This document shows, one piece after another, positions 19,304 through 27,920 of a stretch of 35,491 bases of DNA. The DNA is from Collinsella sp. (lineage in GTDB: Bacteria; Actinomycetota; Coriobacteriia; Coriobacteriales; Coriobacteriaceae), in NCBI GenBank assembly GCA_020025115.1, contig JAHHSP010000001.1, forward strand, positions 1-35,491. Reading direction: 5' to 3'. Under the pieces are notes generated by a model. That model had not been told where the DNA came from and made no database searches. It saw only the letters and a program-made list of their open reading frames with translations. A program made the position numbers and the translations under genes. Each line of letters begins with the position of its first letter. The stretch's first letter is position 1.

Positions 19304-21823
19304 ATGACTTCTTACTCTTCCAAACCCGAATTGCTCGCGCCCGCGGGCGGTCCTGAGCCGTTTTACGCGGCGCTCGCCGCCGGTGCGGACGCCATCTACT
19401 GCGGTATGGGATCGTTCAACGCCCGACGCAAGGCTGACAACTTCACCGATGAGACGTTCGAGGCCGCGTGCCGCGCAGCGCATCTCGCCGGGTCGCGCGT
19501 CTATGTGACCGTCAACATAGTCATCAAAGATGAGGAGATGTCCGAGGCTCTCTCCCTCGTCGACCGTTGCTGGAGGCTCGGTGCCGATGCCTTCATCATC
19601 CAGGACTGGGGATTGTTCTTTGAAATTCGCCGTCTCATGCCCGACGTCGAAACGCATATCTCCACGCAAGCGAACATCCATGACGCCCGAGGCACTGCCT
19701 GGTGCAAGGATGCCGGCGCCGATCGCGTCACGCTTTCCCGCGAGCTCTCCGTCGACGAAATCGCAAAGATCCACGATGCGGTGGACATCGAGCTCGAGGT
19801 GTTTTCCCATGGTGCCATCTGCTTTTGCTATTCGGGCATTTGCCTGCTTTCCAGCTTCACCTCCCCGGGACGCTCGGCGAATCGCGGCATGTGCGCACAG
19901 CCCTGCCGCCTGCCGTATGAGTTGGTCGACGAGACGGGGCGCTCCTGGTCAAAACCCGGCCGCGGGCGCGCCCTGTGCCCGCGTGATACGTGCACGGCCG
20001 ACATGCTTCCCCGCCTGCTGGATGCAGGGGCCCACGCGCTGAAGCTCGAAGGTCGCATGAAAGCCCCGGACTACGTGCACTCCATCGTGAGCGCCTATCG
20101 CGCGCAGCTTGATGACATCCTCGCCGGTCGCGAAACCTCGAACGAGACCGCGCAGGCCCGCCATCGTCAGCTCAAGCGCTGCTTCAATCGCGATTTCACC
20201 CATGAGTACCAGGAGGGTCGTTCGGGTGACGAGATGATGAGCTACGAGCGCTCGAATAACCGAGGCCAAATCGTGGGCAAGGTGCTCGGCAGCAAACCCA
20301 TCGGAAACACAAAGGGGCTCAAACCCGACGACAAGCGCCGCCGGGCCGCCAGGACGCAGCTGCTCCTTTCCGAGCCCGTGGGTAAAGGCGATCTTCTCGA
20401 GCTTCGCCATGATGACGAGTTCGATCAGTTCCTCACCGCCATCGCGCCGGAGGGCGCGCGTGCAGGCGACATCATCGAGTGTCGCACCGCCCGCCCCATG
20501 CCCGCAGGTGCCCTCGTACGTCTCATCCGAAGCCAGGCCGCGCTCGACGCCGCCGAGGCAGCGCTCAAGCGCCCCGTTGCCCGCAAGCGCGCTGTGGGCG
20601 TGCACGTCGAGGCGCGCCGAGGACGGCCGTTTGCCGTTGAGCTGACCTGCATCGACGACCCGACGCTTTCCGGGCGCGCAACGGGCTTCACGGTGGAGGC
20701 GGCCAAGACCCGTGCCGTTTCGGCAGAGGACCTGATCGAGCACGTGGGCCGCATGGGTTCTTCACCGTTCGAAGCGACGAGTTTCGACATTCAGCTCGAC
20801 GAGGGCTGCGGTATGGGATTCTCCGCAGTGCACCAGGTGCGAGCAGCCGCATGCGAGGCATTGGAACGAGCCATCCTCGCCCCGTATCGCGAACGTGCCG
20901 GGCGAGGACTCGACAGACTCGCATCGGAATCACCCTCTTCTTCCCTCGCCGCCGTCGAAGAAGTCGCCAAATCCGCCCAAGCCGCCCCGGGAGAATACGA
21001 CCGCGCCTCCGGTGAGGTCTGCGCGCTCGTCACTTCGCGCCGCGCCGCCGAAGCCGCCCGCACCGCCGGTGCGCACCGCGTGTACATGTCTGTCGATGAC
21101 TTGATTTCCGCCGGTCTATCCCCTGCCGATTGCGCTGCGCAAGGGATCATTCCCGTACTTGACGAGGTTTCGCGCGAGATCGACCACGAAAGGCTCGATC
21201 CATGGCTGCTCACCGGTCTGCCCGCCGCCGTCGGGACCGTCTCCGAACTATCCCTCGGTGCTCGCCGCGGCGCCGATGTAGAGCTCCGCAGCTGCATCCC
21301 CGTGCACAACCGTGCGTGCATGCGCGAGCTTGCCGCACGCGGCGCACGTGGTGCCTGGCTCTCACCCGAGCTCACCCTCGCGGAAATCGAGCGCATCGCC
21401 CCACATCGCAGCAACATGAGCCTCGGCATCACGGTAATCGGCATGCCTCGCCTCATGACCAGCGAGCACTGTATCCTGCAGGTCGCCGGAGCCTGCATCC
21501 ATGATTGCGCGCAGTGCCGTCTTCGCACGCGCGACTTCAAGCTGAAGAATATCGACGGACGCCTGCTTACCGTCCGCACGGGACTCAATGGCCGCAGCCG
21601 CCTGTATGACGGCGTGCAGCTGGACACGACACCCCAAATCCCCCAGCTGCTTCACGCGGGCTTGTCTCGCTTCCTTGTCGACGGAACATTGATGGATATC
21701 GATATGTTGACCCGAAGCATCATTCGGACAAAACGTGCCCTCGAGGCTGCGATGTCCGGACGCACTCCAAGCAAGCGCTTGCCTGGTACAAGCTCCGGTT
21801 GCCTCTTCCAGGGGGTCGAATAG
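19304..21823 (+). CDS. U32 peptidase-family Fe-S protein with DUF3656-like central domain (RlhA-like), paralog 2
   Basis: PELLAPAG, HISTQ, EVFSHGAICFCYSGIC...SANRGMCAQPCR and LKLEGRMK motifs; central AKTRAVS...VGRMGSSPF...QVR segment; Cys-rich C-terminus. Start moved to ATG 19304, after GGGAG. Confidence 0.9.
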   Translation: MTSYSSKPELLAPAGGPEPFYAALAAGADAIYCGMGSFNARRKADNFTDETFEAACRAAHLAGSRVYVTVNIVIKDEEMSEALSLVDRCWRLGADAFIIQDWGLFFEIRRLMPDVETHISTQANIHDARGTAWCKDAGADRVTLSRELSVDEIAKIHDAVDIELEVFSHGAICFCYSGICLLSSFTSPGRSANRGMCAQPCRLPYELVDETGRSWSKPGRGRALCPRDTCTADMLPRLLDAGAHALKLEGRMKAPDYVHSIVSAYRAQLDDILAGRETSNETAQARHRQLKRCFNRDFTHEYQEGRSGDEMMSYERSNNRGQIVGKVLGSKPIGNTKGLKPDDKRRRAARTQLLLSEPVGKGDLLELRHDDEFDQFLTAIAPEGARAGDIIECRTARPMPAGALVRLIRSQAALDAAEAALKRPVARKRAVGVHVEARRGRPFAVELTCIDDPTLSGRATGFTVEAAKTRAVSAEDLIEHVGRMGSSPFEATSFDIQLDEGCGMGFSAVHQVRAAACEALERAILAPYRERAGRGLDRLASESPSSSLAAVEEVAKSAQAAPGEYDRASGEVCALVTSRRAAEAARTAGAHRVYMSVDDLISAGLSPADCAAQGIIPVLDEVSREIDHERLDPWLLTGLPAAVGTVSELSLGARRGADVELRSCIPVHNRACMRELAARGARGAWLSPELTLAEIERIAPHRSNMSLGITVIGMPRLMTSEHCILQVAGACIHDCAQCRLRTRDFKLKNIDGRLLTVRTGLNGRSRLYDGVQLDTTPQIPQLLHAGLSRFLVDGTLMDIDMLTRSIIRTKRALEAAMSGRTPSKRLPGTSSGCLFQGVE

Positions 21824-21927
21824 CTCCATCACCGCCACTGCAAATTTGAAGGGGGACGGGACCTCATGCCTCGCCCCCCTCTTTGCCTCGATTTGCACGC
21901 ACTTGATTGAAAAGCCCGCTGCACCTG

Positions 21928-21949
21928 CATATCGATATATATCGATATG
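21928..21949. repeat. Perfect 22-bp palindrome between convergent genes
   Basis: CATATCGATATATATCGATATG. Confidence 0.9.
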
Positions 21950-22071
21950 TTGCCGAGGGTCCTCAGGGTGCATGAATGGGCTAGTCGGCTTGCATTCGGT
22001 CGAGAAGCCCGGTGCACATCCTGTACTCTGCGTCACCATCCGCCGCTGCGATGCGGTCGCGCTCCGTCGTG

Positions 22072-23160
22072 CTACTCCTCCTCTGGATACACAACACCCC
22101 AGTCACGGCGCAGGCGGGTCATGGTCTCCATCACATCCGACGCGTAATCGATGAGCTTAAGCTTTGACGCATCCCCGGCCACCGCCCTCTCCAGGTCGGC
22201 GATCTCATAGCAGAGCGCATATGCCTCAACACCAGAGCGAACCTCCTCACGGTGTCCATCGGCAGTCCAGACGATCGTCGCCCGATCCGCACGCGGATAT
22301 GCCATGATCTCGATGTAGCAATTGTCAAAGCACAAGTCCGCACGCTTGGGCTGCTTGGCGTGCATCGTCAACGAGAACACGCCGAGCTGCCCCTGCGCAT
22401 TGCGCGAAACAAATCCGCTCTCCTCATCCACTCCGGTCTTAAATACATTGGCCAGCGACACCACTTCGTTTGGTTGGCTCTCCATAAACAAGCGTGCGAC
22501 CGAAAGCGCGTACACACCGATATCCAGCATTGCGCCGCCGGCAAGAGAACGGTTCCAAAAGCGGCTCTGAACATCCTCATAATCGTGAAAACTACCAAAG
22601 TTAACCTGGGCAAGACGCAGGCGCCCGAACTCATCATCGTCCGCACGGCGCATGAGCTCAGCATACAGCGGCATATGCAATACCGTGGTGGCATCCATGA
22701 GCACGACACCATGCTCATCGGCGATGGCGCGGGCCTCGATAAGCTCATCGGAATTAAGGGTAATCGCCTTTTCGCAGAGCACATGCTTTCCGGCCGCAAG
22801 GGCACCTCGAAGGTAGGCGATGTGCGTGTTATGAGGCGTGGTGATGTAGACGGCGTCAACCTCAGGATCGGCATAGAGCTCATCGATAGAGCGGTAAACG
22901 CGCCGGACGCCGTACTCGACCGCGAATGCCTCGGCCTTTTCCAATGTGCGATTGGCCACTCCATAGACTTTGCGCCCAGCAAGCGCGAGCGATTGGGCCA
23001 TCTGTTTTGCGATCACTCCACACCCGATAACCGCCCACCTGAGCTCAGGTGCAACAAATATATCATCCGGGAACGGAATTCCCTCGACAGCTGCAAACGC
23101 GGCCTTTGCTGCAGCGGCGGCATCCAGCGAAACGGCATCGCTTGTGGTTAGAGCATCCAT
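22072..23160 (-). CDS. Gfo/Idh/MocA-family NAD(P)-dependent oxidoreductase
   Basis: WAVIGCGVIA, VDAVYITTP, GKHVLCEKA and GGAMLDIGVY motifs; start assigned to ATG 23160. Confidence 0.92.
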   Translation of the reverse strand: MDALTTSDAVSLDAAAAAKAAFAAVEGIPFPDDIFVAPELRWAVIGCGVIAKQMAQSLALAGRKVYGVANRTLEKAEAFAVEYGVRRVYRSIDELYADPEVDAVYITTPHNTHIAYLRGALAAGKHVLCEKAITLNSDELIEARAIADEHGVVLMDATTVLHMPLYAELMRRADDDEFGRLRLAQVNFGSFHDYEDVQSRFWNRSLAGGAMLDIGVYALSVARLFMESQPNEVVSLANVFKTGVDEESGFVSRNAQGQLGVFSLTMHAKQPKRADLCFDNCYIEIMAYPRADRATIVWTADGHREEVRSGVEAYALCYEIADLERAVAGDASKLKLIDYASDVMETMTRLRRDWGVVYPEEE

Positions 23161-23280
23161 GTATACCCCATTTCCATGACGGATCGCGACGCTGCAATTG
23201 TGGCACAAGGACGAGCCTTTGCACCATATCGAAGATAGACGGCATGGAGGAGTCTCACGTTGAAAAGGGGGGCTAGAAAT

Positions 23281-23400
23281 ATGAAAGTGTACGTTTTGGG
23301 GAAGGTTTACCGTCTAGTTGGCCAATTAAGCGGGATGCTGAGCATCATTTCCGCAGGATTGAGTTGCTCGAGAGTCAATGCGACAGCCTCTTTACGTTAA
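23281..23400 (+). CDS. Possible 39-aa small protein of unknown function
   Basis: ATG to TAA open frame MKVYVLGKVYRLVGQLSGMLSIISAGLSCSRVNATASLR, with AAAAGGGGGG 8 nt upstream; no recognised homology. Confidence 0.25.
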   Translation: MKVYVLGKVYRLVGQLSGMLSIISAGLSCSRVNATASLR

Positions 23401-23423
23401 AACCTTCCCCAAAACGTACACTT
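23285..23423. repeat. Perfect 24-bp inverted repeats around a 91-bp core
   Basis: AAGTGTACGTTTTGGGGAAGGTTT (23285-23308) and its exact reverse complement AAACCTTCCCCAAAACGTACACTT (23400-23423). Confidence 0.93.
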
Positions 23424-23445
23424 ATAAAATCCGAACAGATGTTGT

Positions 23446-23490
23446 AAATAAAATACCCCCCGAACTGCACAGGGCAATCCAGGGGGGTGT
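23446..23490 (-). terminator. Intrinsic terminator after rplX
   Basis: Minus strand ACCCCCCTGGATTGC-cctgt-GCAGTTCGGGGGGT followed by ATTTTATTT. Confidence 0.75.
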
Positions 23491-23513
23491 AAAGGCGTTC
23501 TAAGAACTGGATC

Positions 23514-23837
23514 TTAGAACTTGTTGCCGCACTTCTTGCAAATGCGGAGCTTGGTCTTGTGACCGTCGAGCTCGCCAGCCTCGTGGCCAACACGGGTGCG
23601 CTTGTTGCACTCGGGGCAGATGAGCTGGACGTTGGAGACGTCGATCGGCATCTCCTTGTCGACGATGCCGCCCTGCTGACCGGCAGCGTTGGGCTTAACG
23701 GCCTTCTTGGCGACAGCAACGCCCTCGACGATAACCTTGCCCTCGGAAGGCAGCGCGCGCAGGACAACGCCCTGCTTGCCGCGATCCTTACCGGAGAGCA
23801 CCTCGACCTTGTCGCCCTTCTTGATGGACATAGACAT
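23514..23837 (-). CDS. rplX: 50S ribosomal protein L24
   Basis: IKKGDKVEVLSGKDRGKQG (KOW motif); PIDVSNV. Confidence 0.98.
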   Translation of the reverse strand: MSMSIKKGDKVEVLSGKDRGKQGVVLRALPSEGKVIVEGVAVAKKAVKPNAAGQQGGIVDKEMPIDVSNVQLICPECNKRTRVGHEAGELDGHKTKLRICKKCGNKF

Positions 23838-23855
23838 AGTGGTCTCTCCCTTACG

Positions 23856-24224
23856 TTAGAGGGTCTCGGGTGCGAGCGAGACGATCTTCATGTACTTCTT
23901 GTCACGAAGCTCGCGAGCGACGGGCCCGAAGATACGGGTGCCGACAGGCGAACCATCTTTGTTGATGACGACGGCAGCGTTATCGTCGAAACGGATGTAG
24001 GAACCGTCCTTGCGGCGGACCTCCTTCACCGTGCGCACGACGACGCAACGGACAACATCCTTCTTCTTGACGTTCGCGCCGGGCGTGGCCTCCTGGACGG
24101 CGGCCATGACGACGTCACCGATGCCGGCGTAACGGCGCTTAGAGCCGCCCAGCACCTTAATGCAACGAACCTTGCGCGCACCGGAGTTGTCGGCAACGTT
24201 CAGCATGGTTTGCATCTGAATCAT
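23856..24224 (-). CDS. rplN: 50S ribosomal protein L14
   Basis: [30 protein letters not shown]; start ATG 24224. Confidence 0.99.
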   Translation of the reverse strand: MIQMQTMLNVADNSGARKVRCIKVLGGSKRRYAGIGDVVMAAVQEATPGANVKKKDVVRCVVVRTVKEVRRKDGSYIRFDDNAAVVINKDGSPVGTRIFGPVARELRDKKYMKIVSLAPETL

Positions 24225-24331
24225 GGTTGGAACCTTTCCGAACCTAAGCCGGCGAGAGGTGCGACCGCCCTTGATGGATACCCGGGGCATCCAAGCGGGC
24301 GCACATCACCGGAAAACTTACATCGACAAGC

Positions 24332-24598
24332 TTACTTGGCGCGCTCGATGATCTCGACGAGACGCCAACGCTTGGTGGCGGACAGCGGACGGGTCTCCAT
24401 GATACGGACGGTATCGCCGACGCCGGCAGTGTTCTCCTCGTCATGGACGTGGAACTTCTTGCTGCTGGTCATCATCTTGCCGTACTTGGGATGACGCTTG
24501 CGCTCCGTGGTGGTCACAACAATGCTCTTGTTGCCCATGATGGAGGAAACGATACCCTGGCGGACCTTGCGCGCGTTGCGCTCAGTTGCTTCAGCCAT
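24332..24598 (-). CDS. rpsQ: 30S ribosomal protein S17
   Basis: [17 protein letters not shown]. Confidence 0.99.
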   Translation of the reverse strand: MAEATERNARKVRQGIVSSIMGNKSIVVTTTERKRHPKYGKMMTSSKKFHVHDEENTAGVGDTVRIMETRPLSATKRWRLVEIIERAK

Positions 24599-24612
24599 TA
24601 TCTACTCCTGTG

Positions 24613-24828
24613 CTACTCGGTGGCAGCGGACTTCTCCGCTGCGATCTGACGGGCACGCTGCTCGGTGAGGACACGAGCGATGTCCTTCTTCACGGTGGTC
24701 ACGCGAGCGGTGTTGTCCAACTGGCTCGTGGCCATCTGGAAACGAAGGTTAAAGAGCTCGGCGCGGCAATCCTTCAGCTTCTCAGCCAGGGCCTCGTCGG
24801 AAAGCTCACGAATCTCTGCGGGCTTCAT
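24613..24828 (-). CDS. rpmC: 50S ribosomal protein L29
   Basis: [17 protein letters not shown]. Confidence 0.98.
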   Translation of the reverse strand: MKPAEIRELSDEALAEKLKDCRAELFNLRFQMATSQLDNTARVTTVKKDIARVLTEQRARQIAAEKSAATE

Positions 24829-25253
24829 TACTTGTCCTCCCCGTTCTTAGCGCGGGTAATGATCTTGGTCTTGATCGGCAGCTTGTGCTGGGCAAGACGC
24901 AGGGCCTCGCGTGCGATCTCCTCGGACACGCCGGCGATCTCGAACATGACGCGACCCGGCTTGACGACGGCCACCCACTCCTCGGGGTTACCCTTACCGG
25001 AACCCATGCGGGTCTCCGCAGGCTTCTTCGTGATGGGCTTGTCCGGGAAGATGGTGATGTAGACCTTACCGCCACGCTTCATGTAGCGGGTCATGGCGAT
25101 ACGAGCGGCCTCGATCTGACGGTTGGTGATCCAGTGACGATCGAGGGCGACGATGCCATACTCACCGAAATGGAGCTCGGTGTTGCCCTTGGCCTGGCCC
25201 TTCATGGAGCCACGCTGCACCTTACGGTGAAGAATACGCTTAGGAGCGAGCAT
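24828..25253 (-). CDS. rplP: 50S ribosomal protein L16
   Basis: [17 protein letters not shown]. Confidence 0.99.
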   Translation of the reverse strand: MLAPKRILHRKVQRGSMKGQAKGNTELHFGEYGIVALDRHWITNRQIEAARIAMTRYMKRGGKVYITIFPDKPITKKPAETRMGSGKGNPEEWVAVVKPGRVMFEIAGVSEEIAREALRLAQHKLPIKTKIITRAKNGEDK

Positions 25254-25963
25254 TACTGATTCCTCCTATCGTTGTTGCGACGACGAGGACGGGAGGTACC
25301 CTCGAGAGCCATGTTGGGAACAGGCTGGCCCGGGAGCTTCTCGCCCTGGTAGATCCATACCTTGACGCCGCAGGAGCCCATGGTGGTGCGGGCGGTAGCG
25401 GTGCCGTAGTCGATCTTGGCGCGGAGGGTGTGCAGCGGCACGCGACCCTCACGGTACCACTCTCGGCGGCCCATCTCAGCGCCGCCGAGACGACCGGAGC
25501 ACTGGATACGGATGCCCTTGGCACCGGCCTTGCGAGCAGACTGAACAGCCTTGCGCATGGCGCGACGGAAGGCGACGCGGCCCTCGAGCTGCTCGGCGAT
25601 GGACTGAGCCACCAGCACGGCGTCGAGCTCGGGGCGCTTGACCTCGATCACGTCGACGGACAGGTTGCCCTTGGAGACGCCGGCAACGCGCTCGAGCTCG
25701 GTGCGAAGACCGTCGATCTCGGAGCCCTTCTTGCCGATGACGACGCCAGGACGAGCGGTGAAGATGATGGCCTTCACCTTGTCGCCGGCGCGCTCGATCT
25801 CCACGCGGGAGACGGCGGCGCGGGCGAGGCGCTTCTCGAGGAAGCGACGAATCTCGATATCGTTGCCGAGAGTCTTAGCGTAATCCTTCTCAGCGAACCA
25901 GCGGGAGCGCCAGTTCTCGGTGATGCCGAGGCGGAAGCCAGTGGGATAGACTTTCTGACCCAT
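25253..25963 (-). CDS. rpsC: 30S ribosomal protein S3
   Basis: [26 protein letters not shown]. Confidence 0.99.
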   Translation of the reverse strand: MGQKVYPTGFRLGITENWRSRWFAEKDYAKTLGNDIEIRRFLEKRLARAAVSRVEIERAGDKVKAIIFTARPGVVIGKKGSEIDGLRTELERVAGVSKGNLSVDVIEVKRPELDAVLVAQSIAEQLEGRVAFRRAMRKAVQSARKAGAKGIRIQCSGRLGGAEMGRREWYREGRVPLHTLRAKIDYGTATARTTMGSCGVKVWIYQGEKLPGQPVPNMALEGTSRPRRRNNDRRNQ

Positions 25964-25968
25964 GACGC

Positions 25969-26334
25969 TTAAGCCTCCTTTCGAGGAGCAACGATGACGG
26001 TGATGTGGCTCGTGCGCTTCAGGATGCGGGAAGCGGAGCCCTTGGCGCGAGGACGGATGCGCTTGAGCGTCGGGCCCTCGTCGACATAGGCGGCCTTGAC
26101 GACCAGGTCGTCGGCGCGCATCTGGTTGTTATGCTGGGCATTGGCGACGGCGGAACGCAGGACCTTCTCCACATCCACGGCGACAGAGCGCGTGCAGAAG
26201 TGGAGGATGTCGAAGGCCTGGGCGACGTTCTTGCCGCGGATCAGATCGATCACGAGGCGAGCCTTGCCGGGGGAAACGCGCACGTACTTAGCCGTAGCGC
26301 GGACCTCGCGGGTCTCGGTGGAAGTAGTAGCCAT
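25969..26334 (-). CDS. rplV: 50S ribosomal protein L22
   Basis: [22 protein letters not shown]. Confidence 0.99.
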   Translation of the reverse strand: MATTSTETREVRATAKYVRVSPGKARLVIDLIRGKNVAQAFDILHFCTRSVAVDVEKVLRSAVANAQHNNQMRADDLVVKAAYVDEGPTLKRIRPRAKGSASRILKRTSHITVIVAPRKEA

Positions 26335-26347
26335 TTACCTAAACCCC

Positions 26348-26608
26348 CTATTTGGCCTTGTGCGCACGGAAGGTACGGGTGGGCGCGAACTCGCCCAGCT
26401 TGTGACCAACCATGGACTCGGTGACGTACACGGGAACATGCTTGCGGCCGTCGTGAACGGCGATGGTGTGACCAACCATCTCGGGGAAGATGGTGGACGC
26501 ACGGGACCAGGTCTTCACGACGTCCTTCTTGCCAACCTCGTTCATCGCGATGATACGCGAGAGGAGGCGCGCCTCTACAAACGGGCCCTTTTTGAGACTT
26601 CTGCTCAT
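26348..26608 (-). CDS. rpsS: 30S ribosomal protein S19
   Basis: [21 protein letters not shown]. Confidence 0.99.
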   Translation of the reverse strand: MSRSLKKGPFVEARLLSRIIAMNEVGKKDVVKTWSRASTIFPEMVGHTIAVHDGRKHVPVYVTESMVGHKLGEFAPTRTFRAHKAK

Positions 26609-26634
26609 AAGTGCTTTCTCCTAACGGGTATCGA

Positions 26635-27465
26635 TTACTTCTTGCGACGACGGATGATGAGGTCGTTGGACGCCTTCTTCTTGTTGCGGGTGCGGTAGCC
26701 CTTGGACGGGGTGCCCCACGGAGAGACGGACGGACGACCGGAGGTGTGCGAGCGACCCTCGCCACCGCCGTGCGGGTGATCGACCGGGTTCATGACGGTA
26801 CCGCGGACGGTCGGGCGGACGCCCATCTTGCGATGACGGCCGGCCTTGCCGATCACGATATTGGCGTGCTCGGAGTTGCCGACCTCGCCGATGGAGGCGC
26901 GGCAGGTCACGAGAACGCGACGCATCTCGGAGGAAGGCATGCGGATGATCGCGTACTTGCCCTCCTTACCCATGAGCTGGCAGGCGGTACCAGCGGAACG
27001 GGCGATAGCAGCGCCCTTGCCAGGCTGGAACTCGATGGCGTGGATGAGGGTACCCACGGGAATCTCGGACAGCGGCATCGCGTTGCCCGGCTTGATGTCG
27101 GCGCCGGCACCGGAGACGACGGTGTCGCCGACCTTGAGGCCCTTGGGGGCCAGGATGTAGCGCTTCTCGCCGTCCACGTAGTGAAGCAGGGCGATGCGAG
27201 CGGAGCGGTTCGGGTCGTACTCGATGGTAGCGACCTTGGCCGGCACGCCGTCCTTGTTGCGCTTGAAGTCGATGACGCGGTACTGACGCTTCACACGGCC
27301 ACCCTGGTGGCGCATGGTGATGCGACCGGCGTTGTTACGACCGGCCTTAACCGGCAGCGGCTCGAGAAGGGACTTCTCGGGCGTGGTGCAGGTGATCTCG
27401 GAGAAGTCCGCGATCGTCTGCCAGCGACGGCCGGCGCTGGTCGGCTTAAGGTGCTTTACAGCCAT
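26635..27465 (-). CDS. rplB: 50S ribosomal protein L2
   Basis: [22 protein letters not shown]. Confidence 0.99.
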   Translation of the reverse strand: MAVKHLKPTSAGRRWQTIADFSEITCTTPEKSLLEPLPVKAGRNNAGRITMRHQGGRVKRQYRVIDFKRNKDGVPAKVATIEYDPNRSARIALLHYVDGEKRYILAPKGLKVGDTVVSGAGADIKPGNAMPLSEIPVGTLIHAIEFQPGKGAAIARSAGTACQLMGKEGKYAIIRMPSSEMRRVLVTCRASIGEVGNSEHANIVIGKAGRHRKMGVRPTVRGTVMNPVDHPHGGGEGRSHTSGRPSVSPWGTPSKGYRTRNKKKASNDLIIRRRKK

Positions 27466-27632
27466 TCCTTATCCCTTTCATATCGGTCCGTTGGCCACTG
27501 CAAGCCGGGATTGTGGATGCAGTGACACCGGATTACCACGGCTCCGGGCGTTTCCTATTAATACGCACGGAGCACTTGAGCCTGCCTCCCCTATTCGAAG
27601 AGGCAAGCATCAAGAACTAACATAGGCGTGAA

Positions 27633-27920
27633 TTACGCCTGGGTGCCGAAGACCTCGATGGTCTGACCCTCGGCCACGGTGACGATGGCCTTCTTCCAAG
27701 AACGGGTCTTGCCAGCGACATAGCGAACGCGCTTGGTCTTGGGCTTGACGTTCAGGGTGTTAACGCGAACAACCTTCACGCCGAAAATCTCCTCGACGGC
27801 GTCCTTGATCTGGAACTTGTTGGCGTCCTTGGCAACCTCGAAGGTGTACTTGTTCTCCTCCATGGCGGAGTAGGAACGCTCGGACACGATCGGGCGGATG
27901 ATGATCTCGTGAGCGGTCAT
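27633..27920 (-). CDS. rplW: 50S ribosomal protein L23
   Basis: RPIVSE; ANKFQIK; WKKAIV. Confidence 0.98.
   Translation of the reverse strand: MTAHEIIIRPIVSERSYSAMEENKYTFEVAKDANKFQIKDAVEEIFGVKVVRVNTLNVKPKTKRVRYVAGKTRSWKKAIVTVAEGQTIEVFGTQA

Noticed and set aside
23285..23423. Retron msr-msd (a1/a2 arms) or CRISPR repeat
   Set aside because: There is no reverse transcriptase or cas gene in the window, no long msd-like hairpin, and the repeats are inverted with only two copies.
18974..23513. Insert as an active mobile element
   Set aside because: No transposase, integrase or flanking direct repeats were seen; the cargo is housekeeping-like.
23497..23520. 9-bp inverted repeat overlapping the rplX stop (GTTCTAAGA/TCTTAGAAC)
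   Set aside because: A weak AT-rich stem next to a better terminator; nothing supports a separate function.
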